A stretch of DNA of 63,363 nt, counting the filler, from Choristocarpus tenellus KU-1152 (Eukaryota; Protista; Phaeophyceae): NCBI GenBank assembly GCA_964200185.2. It is 9 parts of 9 records of this genome, joined end to end, with 100 filler letters (N's around TTAATTAATTAA, not from the genome) between each part and the next. Parts side by side here need not be neighbours in the genome. Positions count along the whole stretch, not along the records: positions 51,362 to 60,387 come from CAXNAD020004071.1; positions 60,488 to 63,363 come from CAXNAD020023997.1; 7 more parts are not named here. One strand, written 5' to 3'. A program made the position numbers and the translations under genes. How positions within the stretch are numbered: position 1 is the first letter of the stretch; each line of letters begins with the position of its first letter. Shown piece by piece: positions 53,190-63,363 of the stretch. Under the pieces are notes generated by a model. The model ran no database searches. It saw nothing but the letters and a program-made list of their open reading frames with translations, and had not been told where the DNA came from.

Positions 53190-56100
53190 ACCCCCTGAAT
53201 AAAACAAAAAACTGAAGGGTGCCGCTGCGGAGCGGTATGTTTCACACAAAGAAGTGTTCCGGAGGGTGGTAAGCACTGCTTTGTCCCTTCCAAGCCACTC
53301 CAAGTCGGTCGGAGGTAATGCTGCCCTCATGGCCCTTCGTATGGCAAAGGTGAGCTATCATAGCCCAAGGGTTTTACTTGAACAAACCCACATATTAATA
53401 ATACCCCTGCACTCCTGACCCTGCCCGGAGGGACAATCCTAACTCTAGCCAGGAGCGCACTCTACCTTATCCCCTGCCCAAACCCTAGCCTGAAACACAA
53501 CCCTAACCCTAAACCCTAAGCCCTGTTTTTATCTCCTTTCCTAACCTCGGCCTGAAATACAACTCTTACCTTGAACCCTAGCCCTATTCTTGTCTCCTTC
53601 CCTTATCCTAACCTAAACCACAATCCTAACCATAAACCTTGACACTCTTTTTGTCCCCTGCCCTATCCCCAGTCTGAAACACAGCCCTGACCGTAAAGCC
53701 TAACCATACTTTTATCCCCTTCCCTAACCCTAGCCTGGGGCAAAGTCCTAGCCATAAACTCCAAACCCTATTTTTATCCCCTACCCTGACCCCAGTCTTA
53801 AACACAACCCTATTGCTATTTTTTCCACCAGTCCTAACCCTAACCCCGCTGACCATGGTTTTGTCTCTGCTCATATTGAAAAATCCTAATCCTAACCTTG
53901 TCCTTTGGTTCTGACCTTGCACCAAACATAATCCTACACCTTTCCCCCATCATATTCACTAGATGCATGCATACTAACTTGAATTAATGATGATTATGTG
54001 TTGCTCTATTGGTCAAAGGGATGAAATGTTGAGGCTGTTTGTGGGGTATATTGTAGTAGGGTGTTGTGTTATCCCTGACTCCTCAATGTGGTAAGCTCTA
54101 TGGATGCAATTTCAAATTCTGTATCAAAACAAAACTCGACAATTCACTTTTGTTGTCGGGTGTCTTGAGTTTCATTAGAAATATATGTCGGAAGGTAAAC
54201 TATTTTAGCTTCTTTTCTGCGATTGATATCTTGTCCCACAAATGCCTATTGCACTATTCTTCTTGAGTGCTAAGGTACTGAGCTATTTTAAGAGATGTAT
54301 ATGTTTTTTCAAGGCTGAGGTGACCTCAAAAAACCATTTCAATTTAGAACATACATCTGGAAATATTTAAAATACAATTAGAAGAACACTCTCACGATCC
54401 AGAGTGTACCATATATATTTTTTCTACATTTCCTGGAGAACCTGGCAATGTTGATGATGTTGATGATGCCCTATTATCCCAACTATTATTGAGTACTACT
54501 AGTGCGTTGTGCTTTGGTTTTCTTGGCTTCCCTTCTGAGCAGCAATTTTATCTTAGTTTAATTGATTTTATAGTTAAGTATATCTTTTGTGTATTTTTTA
54601 TTTTCTCAAGTACTGTGTTATTTCTTTTCCTCAATTGTTTGGCCACATGTAATAAAAATAAGACAAAGGTAATAACGAGAACAATAATAGCAATAGTAAC
54701 TTCAGTTCTAGCAACAGGTGCAGCACGACTACCTTTTTGTGCTATTGGGGTTGATCGTCAACCAACAGGGGCACGTGAACCCTCTGCTGCTCTTCCCTTC
54801 CTCCCTCCCCCACTCCTCCTTCCTTGTGATGTGTCACAACTTATTTTGAGAAGGCTGGTGCAACAGATATCACTCTGGGAATACCTGGGACAGAGGCGTT
54901 GAGCAATGAGTTCACTTCCCATGGTATTAATGTTTACCAGCCATCGAAAGGAGCGGGGGTCAACGGAGACCTGGTGGGTGGGGACTACACATTTTTTACG
55001 ATACATATATTTTTCTTATTTTTATAATTTGTATTATTATTATTCTTATTATTCTTATCTGAAAACTGGTTTTCAGACAAAAATAGCAGACATTTCCAGT
55101 GTCCGTTTTATGCTCCTTGTTGCTTCTCATTGTCGTAAAATCTGTCGACAGTATAGTAATTGTATGTGTAGGATATATTTTTTTTCTAGAAGAAAGACAA
55201 TATGCCAGAATTGTATCACAATGGCAGAGGGATAATGTGCTTGGTTGTGGTGTACTATGTACAAGATACGGTTGAAAAATCCTGATAGTTGGTTGTAGAC
55301 TATAGGTGATACAGGTGTAACACTATGAACAATGTGACCTCCACTTCAAGTAGTCCATTGCTATTCATTTTTGGAGGACGAGGGTGGGGGGGGGAGGTAT
55401 AGACCATTATTGCATCGGAAAGGATAGGTGGGTTGTGGTGTTTATAGTATATATCACAAGAGAGAAGAGATGAACTGGCTGCTAAAAAGAAGCTTACCCA
55501 CCCCCCCTTTTTTTATATCTTTTGTTCTTCACTTGTGTAGGATTAGGGTTCAGTTTAGGGTTATTATGTCATCACCACTGCTTTTAACTTGATCTAATGC
55601 TCTGTCATTTTTCTTCCCCCCTCTCCCCCCCCTGACTAACCGAAGGAGGATGATGTTCACCTCATCCTGGAATGGAAAACAGGGGAGGTTTGGGGGGAGC
55701 TGGTGTCTCCTCGTGCCAATCGCCTTGCTCTACATAGTGACGTAGCCAACCCAGAGCTGTGGGCTGTGGAGCCCCTGATGGATAAGGTGAGGTCACCTCC
55801 TTCCTCCCCCCCTTCTAAGTTATCACCCCCTATCCCTGTTGTGGAGGGGTGTGGAGTCGAAAAGTGGCAATCTTGTGGGAAGGAAGGCTAAGTGTGCAAA
55901 ATCGGTGTGAATCTACCATGATACCTTGCATGAGTTCTTAGCAGTAAATTTGTGAAGTGTGTGTATGTGTGTGTATTCTGAGTAGTGGTCAGGTTATGCT
56001 TTTTTTTAACTTTTGGAACCACTACAAGACGCCTTCCAATGATTTGTGTTATATATGTCTTTCTTTGTGAGGCTTTACCCTCTGCCCGTTGCTTCTCTTT

Positions 56101-57554
56101 CAATATTTCACCCTCTGCCCATCACCTGTCCCCCCGACCCCTGCCCCCCAACCCCCAACCCCACACCTCTCTGTTGACAGCTTGCAGGGTCTCCCCCTTC
56201 CATTCTTGTAGTAGGTGGACTTCAGTTGATGCAGAGCTACAGAGGGTGGGATGGAGGTGCATGGATTAAGGCAGCAGAGGGAGATAATGGGGATGATGGA
56301 AAAGATCCTGGACAGCACCCAGCCCATGTCCGTCTCAAGGAACTTGAGGTATGAACAGGAACAACTTTTTGGTTGGTTGAGAAACAGAGGAAAGGGTTAT
56401 GTTGGGGGGGACTAGATGTTTATGTGGCCTGGTGGTGACATGGCTCCTTGTATGTTACCCAGAACTGTGACACTCATTCAAGAAATCAAGCCTTGGTTGC
56501 ACTGGTTTTTGACATTTTGGGAACGCGGTGTTGATTTTTCCAGTTTTGACTCTAATCCAGATAAGAAGTATCACTTGTCATCAATGCATTTAATTTGTGG
56601 CCTTTGTTCACGTTAATGAATCGCCTTTTCTGTGGTGGATGTGGGTAAGAATGCTCATGGATATTAATTGATAACCAACTGGTGTCGATGAATTATTAGT
56701 GGTAATATCTTGTTGACATAAGGTGCATTTAAGGCATTATTGTTCCTTTCTCTTGGTGCACACTGAACACCTTGACTGCTGTTGTACAATAGTATTAAGT
56801 GCCATCGTTATACAACAGTATATCGCGAGACATACAAATTGTCACAAACATTTTGTAATTCAAAGTGTGAATTGTCCTCTCCATCCCTTGCCCTCCCCTT
56901 CCCCCTCCCCACATTTTGACCTTCTATGGCCTCAAGGAGGAGAATCAATCCCTCTAGTGCTGTTCAAGAATGAGTTTAGATCTACTGATCGCCTGTACCA
57001 AACCCTACCCCTCCTATTATGCCACCTCCCCCCTCCCTTTCCCCCCATCTGATGTCGACTGTTAGGAACGTATATTGCCTCTGATGGAGGAAACTGAGAA
57101 CAGTTCTAGATCTCCCACCCGGATTCACTTTGAGTTTGCCTCTGTGTCCGAGGTGGGCTTTGTGAAGGAGTTGGATGAGAAGGTCCTCAGCCTGTCTGCA
57201 TCTCTTGGTGAGCCCCAATTTTGGTTCCTCATTCTTCTTCGTGTCATTAATACTCTTATTTTATATTTATGGTTCTATTCTTTTTTCTAATTTTTACTTT
57301 AAATATCTGTTTATCAATAGCTTTTATTCTTCTTTAAGCAAGCAACCATCCTGAATTGCGAGACAGACCCTCACCACCTTCTCTCATCTCCTCTTCTACC
57401 TAATTCATGTTTTCCTAGACATCATGCTGACTGTGTAACCCTGCCTCCCCTCGCTATTAAAACAACTCGCGTAATCATCCTATTAGGTGGGAATGAGCAA
57501 GAGCTGGGTACCCTATACGAATACCTATTGAATGGAAAAGTATCCCATGTTCAG
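52086..57554 (+). CDS. ADPGK: ADP-dependent glucokinase, seven internal exons (52086-52297, 53218-53349, 54854-54973, 55646-55786, 56181-56348, 57066-57207, 57487-57554); both ends missing
   Basis: VALGYVACWDVIV, FFSN|GAAAERYVS, VGGNAALMA, DDVHLILEWKTGEVWGELVSPRANR, LVVGGLQLM, IHFEFAS, SLGGNEQEL follow eukaryotic ADPGK motifs in order. All six introns are GT-AG and phase-consistent. Confidence 0.92.
53468..53900. repeat. ~61-bp degenerate satellite built from CCCTAA-like hexamers, about 6-7 units
   Basis: TT(A/G)TC(C/T)CCT...(G/T)AAACACAACCCT... recurs at about 53468, 53530, 53590, 53651, 53712 and 53773. Confidence 0.7.
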
Positions 57555-58306
57555 GTGACTGGCTGTGTTTTATTTTTTGTGCTATGTGACCCCGGTGGTG
57601 TGACTGTCGTATGATACTATTTCCGATGTATTTACTATAACAGTGTAGTGTTGAAAATGTGCATCTATTTCAATAGGTGGAGATATATTTGAACTGGTCG
57701 TTTAAATGGGATTTTGTTTTTGTTGGTTTACGATATGATGAAGGAAACTGTTTACAGTTCGTGTTGAATTCCTTGTACCATATGAGGAAAATTCGCTAGG
57801 TTCATACCACTCCACAGACTGTTGGTTTCTTAGTTGGTGGACAGGAGGAAATTTCCAGAACATTTGCTAGAAGAGGGCCCTAATTTAGATGCGACTATCA
57901 ATTGTTGGGTTACAGCATTGTATTTGGTGCTCCATCTAATGTGGCGATGGGATGATGATAAGTAGATACGAACTTTTGCCTCCAGCAGGGATCAATAGGT
58001 GTCCAAAAGTGGGGTCCTACTGGTTCACTGTTGAAAGCATACATGCACTTAAGTCCTACCTATTGTTTCGAGTATAATCGTTCCTTGATGCGTAAAATTT
58101 ATCTATGCATGGATCTTGGGATTTTTGAATTCCAACACCATTCTGAACAAGTGGTTAGTTCCTTCGGCATCACATATATATGATTCTTATTTTGATGATT
58201 CTTAGACTTTCTAGAATGTAATTATAGTATTCTCCAGCAAGAGTTGCTGTGTGGGATAGTGACCATTGGAAAATGATGTGTACGAAGTCCCACAACGAAT
58301 CGCGTC

Positions 58307-59080
58307 CTCCACCCTTCCTTGCAAAGTGAGGAGTTACATAGATGCCTCTATGGGAGCTTGACTTTCCTCTCCTCCCCAGTGCTGGGGTGGACGCATTGTG
58401 GGAATTGGAATCTTCATTCTGGTTCCTTGATAGGTCAGAATGTAGTTTCCAATTCTCTTATTCTGTCTAACTCAGCACTGGGTAGGTGAGGAAAATGAGT
58501 CTACGTTAAGAACATCTATTTGCCTCATCTATGGGAGCTTGACTTTCTTCTCCTCCCCAGTGCTGAGGTGGACGCATTGTGTAGAATTGGAATCTACATT
58601 CTGGTTCCTCGATAGGGCATAATGTAGGTTCCAGTTCTCTTATTCTGTCCAACTCAGTACTGGGTAGGGGATAGGAATGAGGCTCCCACAAGAACATGTA
58701 TACGACTCATCTATGGTAGCTTGACTTTCCTCTCCTCCCCAGTGCTGAGGTAGGCGCATTGTGGGATTTGCAATCTACATTCTGGTTTGTCAATAGGACA
58801 GAATGTAGGTTCCATTTCTCTTATTTTTTCCACCTCAGCACTGGGTAGGTGAGGAAAATGAAGCTTCCACATGACTCATCTATGGGAACTCCATTTTCCT
58901 GTCCTCCCCAGTGCTGAGGTGGAGACATTGTAGGAATTGGAAGCTATGTTTTGATCCCTCGATAGGGCAGAATGTAGGTTTCAGTTATCTTGTTCTGTCC
59001 ACCTCAGCCCTGGGTAGTTGAGGAAAATGAGACTCTCACAGATACATCTATGTAACTCCTCTCTGCAATGAAGGCCGGAG
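58307..59080 (+). ncRNA. Candidate intronic polycistronic hairpin-RNA/miRNA locus: four tandem foldbacks inside an outer stem
   Basis: Units start (CTATGG) at 58348, 58529, 58711 and 58880, each an imperfect palindrome. 58307-58344 pairs with 59045-59080. The repeat and hairpin structure is clear; the ncRNA function is inferred. Confidence 0.5.
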
Positions 59081-60387
59081 AGTATAGCTTGTGCGGTGAA
59101 TTAGTGTTATTTATTTTTCTTCTGGTAGTGTGGTGCTGTTTTTACCACAATAATTCAGGCTTATGGCTAGCTGAGTTGTTTTTTTAAATTTAAAACCCAG
59201 TGAAATTTGGCACACCGATTCTTAGGTTTTCAAATATTTTGTGGCATGACACAATTCAGAAGGGTTACATATATTGGCTGTGGTCTCGCTTTGCATCTGA
59301 AATTGTGTTTTGAATAGTGTTTAATCGTCATGGTTAGGGTAAATTTAGGATCTGTGTAATGCTTCAAATCTTTTTTTTTTGAACATGTAATCTGAAAGAA
59401 AGTGTTGCTATGGTTTGTAATGGTTATGTTTTTCTAGGCACAGATTGTCTCATTTTGTGGGTCTATATGATAATAGTATCGCAGTAGTCTGGTGTGTGGC
59501 ACGCGCACTGAAACATCATGTCACGAGGAAATACACACCTTCATCAGCCCTATACAACCCTTCAATGCAGTTCCCTTTGCTTTGCCTTGTGTGTGCTGTG
59601 ACCCCTGACTTACCTGCCTCTCTTTCTGAGTCTCCTGATCGATCGACTGACTGCAAATGTGACATCCTATGCAGAGTGGATCTCACCATTCGTGTTGTAT
59701 GTAGTGTTTGAGGTACAAACCATTTTTTTTTTCGGGCTACAGGGACCCCACTCCCTCACTCCCCCACACCACTTGTACACACCACAACTGCTGCAATACA
59801 TCTACCCTGCCTCCTGATGCTGGACATGTATCTGAATGTCTGATTTGTGTAGCTGCCCCAAACCCTACCAAAATACACATTTGTTTGTATTTTTTGCATC
59901 AAGAATCTAATGTGTACCCTTTAATAATCCCACCCTGACAAAAGGATGTTGCTGACTTATCTTGCTGCTGTGATGGTGTGACCCTCCCCATGTATGCTAT
60001 GGCACCGCCTACTTTTATGTGGTTGATACTGTCTGAAGCCGCACACTCCCCGTGTGGCTGACACTTTGGACAAAATGCGTTTTGTATTTTCCACCCTGCG
60101 GAAGAGGAGGCTGACCCGTCTCCATGTGCATACACTTGCCTTCCAGGCAAGGAACAAGTCTCCATCCTCGTCTTGGTTTGCGCATACACTTGCTCCATCA
60201 TACTGATTTTTTTGTAGTGCTATTACTACTACTGTATGCAAATAGCGAAAAGTCACTTTGAACTTTTTCTTTTTTCCTGTATTTTTATTTTTTGGTTACT
60301 ACACTTCTTTTTCGCGTCACATGTTGGTTTTAGTGTAGTATTAATGTTCTTTTTTTTAAGGTGTGTTGGGGTGTGTGGTGGGGGGTG

Positions 60388-60487
60388 NNNNNNNNNNNNN
60401 NNNNNNNNNNNNNNNNNNNNNNNNNNNNNNNTTAATTAATTAANNNNNNNNNNNNNNNNNNNNNNNNNNNNNNNNNNNNNNNNNNNN
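60388..60487. other. Artificial contig spacer
   Basis: 44 N + TTAATTAATTAA + 44 N. Confidence 0.98.
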
Positions 60488-60500
60488 GAAATCAATTATC

Positions 60501-63284
60501 TCATATTCCTAATGCAGCAACCATGTTGTTGTTGCTACTCTTTCCATCATCCCCCCCCTCCCCCTGCCCCCCACTATGGTCAAGGTGATCATGGTAGCCC
60601 AGAGCCCTAGCCATGTAGCCCATGGAAAATGCTCTAGTGAGCTCCTTTCCTGCTCTCCCCTGCCTATCTCCCCCAAGTAATGAAGAAGTATCGCCCACGG
60701 CGGAGGAGGGTGACGGATCATTGAAGTTGTGAAAAAGGCTCTCTGATGGTGGCGCAGGCTGCAACCCCAACATGAAACACGTCGGGAGGAAGGCGATGGA
60801 GGGTTAGGGTTAGAGCTGCCAGTGAGTGCAGTCAATAGGGGGAAAAAAGAAGAGTATTTTGAATAAAAAAGGATCGATGGGTGAAAATTAATTTGGTTTC
60901 AGAAAATTCAATGAATTTGATTCAAACAATGCGTGCATGCATCTTTCGGGATTAACCAACCCCTCACCCCACATACTGCCATGAGGTTGAAGACTCCCTG
61001 TGGGGTGAGGGGCGCTGCTGGAGGCACAACGATGTTGAGATATACACAGCTTGTGTTCTCTTTCTCCACTATCAGAAGCACCATTGCCTACAATACATGG
61101 CACAAACTACAATCAACAACGGAGATAGCTTTGTTTTCAAGTCACAGTAGTCATATGTGCAAGTCATAGCACAACATAGAACATAGAACAAAGGACAAGA
61201 CTGTTCTGCTTTCTCTATATATTTTTCTATTATCATGCGAAGTTTGGTACTTGTTTTCTAACTGTATGATAATGAAATTTAATATATATATATATATATA
61301 TATGTATACTGTGCTTTTTAGTCGTGAGGCTCCTGCTGCTAAAACGAATCATCACTTAACTTATTTATTCAAATAAGATAATGATTATTTCTTGATTGAA
61401 TTGAGTTGACTACATTGTTACAATCCACAGCACGATCAAAAACACCTTGTACTACCTAGAATAGAAATAACAAAAAAACCTTGTACTACCTAGAATAGAA
61501 ATAACAAAAACACATTGTACTACCTAGAATAGAAATAACAAAAACACATTGTACTACCTAGAATAAAAATAACAAAAACACCTTGTACTATCTAGAATAG
61601 AAATAACAAAAACACCTTGTACTACCTAGAATAGAAATAACAAAAAAACCTTGTACCCAGGGACACTCAATGTGTCTCAGTACATTTACAGTTACACAAA
61701 GTGTGAAGCAGTTTAATTATCCCTAGCCCTTACACTTTGAATCAAAAGCACAATTTTTCGCAGTGCTCTTTCAACAATATAAAGTAGCTCATGCAATAAA
61801 ACAATAAAAACAAAAATAATATAATGCAATTTGAGAAGGCAACCCAATAACTAAACATCAGGGGAGACAAATGTCATCAACTATGTAAAAGAAACGTTTA
61901 CAAAAATTGAGATAAAACAAAGGGTCACTGTTATTATCTTAATACTTGGTCAGATGATAGATACCCTGTTATCAGCAACAGGGGACAGAAAAGGCATGTA
62001 ACAGCCGGAATGACAAACCATTCAGTCAGATACTTGAGAAGTTGCACAGCTGATCACCATTGTATAATTACAACCCTTACTACAATGCCACTCTGTAGCA
62101 CTCTGTAGCAGAAAATAAATCTCTGACATCAAGAAAATCAACCCACCCACCCATCTAGCTACACAGAAATACAAAGAGCATTATAGATAGTCACAATAAA
62201 GAAAAAAAAATAATATGACATGTGTCTACAGTCTCACCTCACTGAACAGATCCAGGGCCCTCTGCCACACCCACGGGGCTTTCCCTGTCCTCCATGTAAC
62301 CTCCCTCCATTTAGAAGGAAACGCCTCCACCGGATGGAAAACCCAAGAGCTTTCAGACCCTTCCGAAGAACTGTTGTACCTATCCCTGTTGCTGTTTCCC
62401 TCCTCCCCACCCTCCCCTTCCCCAATGATAATGTCCTCCAAATCCCCTCCTTTATCCAGGAGAGAGAGTACTCGACGAACTGCGGCCTGACTATGTCCAT
62501 GCTCATAGAATTGGGCATTGGATGGAACAAGCTCTCTGCTAGTGCCGGAACCAGCACTCTGCAAAGGACATCAAAAACACATCCACATGTCACGTAGAAT
62601 GGGTAAAGGTAGTGCTTAGGACCTAAGGCGTAAGAATCGGTGTGAGTATACATTTTGCACAGTACCTGGTACTTGGTTAGTACTTGATTAGAACCTGGCA
62701 ATGTGCACTTCAAAGTGTATATATTTTCTGCTCGACCAAGGACATTTGGTGTATAAGACAATACATGTATATAGGCACGTACTTGAGCCAATATGATAGG
62801 AGCTCTTTGTCGATAAAAAACTGTTAGATTCTGTACTTACTCTACTGCAGGCACATGTTGTACCAGGAATGTCAAACAGTGGATTTCCACCTACTTCTAT
62901 CTCCTCACCCCCCAGTCCCACCACCTCTACCTCCTGAAACCACTCACCCCTATACCAGAGTTGACAACCACCCCAATCATACACAGGGCACCCAGGAGCC
63001 CAGCCCCAGCTGCAGTGAGCTTGCCCATACTTCCTTGCCGGCCATTTCCACCGAGAACCTGTCCCTCCCCAATCCCCATCACCTCACCATCCCCCTCCTC
63101 CACCCTGAGATTGACGTCTTCCAACACTCTAGCATCTTCCACTATGTCCATAGCCATCGCCAGATCGAGGTTGAAGTCCCCCTCCCTTCCCGTCCCCATG
63201 TGTGAGTCATCCAGCATCAGACTCTCCCCATCATGATCATCGAGGAGTCCTGCCAGCATATCAGCCTCCACATCCCCTTCCCTC

Positions 63285-63328
<44 letters not shown>

Positions 63329-63363
63329 CCACAGGGTAAAGGCCACCCCCAAACCAGCTCCCC
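60501..63363 (-). CDS. C-terminal exons of an uncharacterised membrane-anchored protein (>63352-62948, 62558-62238, 60758-60501)
   Basis: Phase-0 joins GIG|SAGSG and LFSE|PAPPSE with GTGAG donors and TGCAG acceptors. Acidic region followed by hydrophobic AAGAGLLGALCMIGVVV. Confidence 0.6.
61438..61656. repeat. 34-35-bp minisatellite, about 6 copies
   Basis: AAAACACCTTGTACTACCTAGAATAGAAATAACA repeated almost perfectly. Confidence 0.95.

Noticed and set aside
61438-61656. 34-bp direct repeats as a CRISPR array
   Set aside because: Head-to-tail units with no unique spacers: an ordinary minisatellite.

Overview
This is eukaryotic genomic DNA, not one locus. Nine unrelated contigs (1-5078, 5179-17250, 17351-20468, 20569-26114, 26215-37648, 37749-44652, 44753-51261, 51362-60387, 60488-63363) are joined by artificial 100-bp spacers (44 N + TTAATTAATTAA + 44 N). 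Spliceosomal introns, TTAGGG-type repeats, WP-type FNIP repeats and the transposon types suggest a stramenopile, most likely a brown alga or close relative (inference). Recognisable genes, mostly partial: SMARCAL1/HARP-type helicase (2 exons), an intronless FNIP-repeat protein, IMP dehydrogenase (last 4 exons), a GNAT acetyltransferase, an AVT3/4-like amino-acid transporter (N-terminal exons), ADP-dependent glucokinase (7 exons) and several orphan multi-exon genes. Transposon debris includes CRE-like non-LTR fragments, a mariner transposase, a DIRS/Ngaro-type tyrosine recombinase, Gypsy integrase remnants and a MITE family with GRG-NN-AAAGTATCT termini, one copy nested in another. The most striking structure is an array of four ~180-bp imperfect foldbacks rich in sense-strand G:U pairs, enclosed by an outer stem, in an intron of the ADPGK gene (58307-59080). 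It is a candidate polycistronic miRNA or hairpin-RNA locus. All calls come from manual reading; no searches or folding programs were run.
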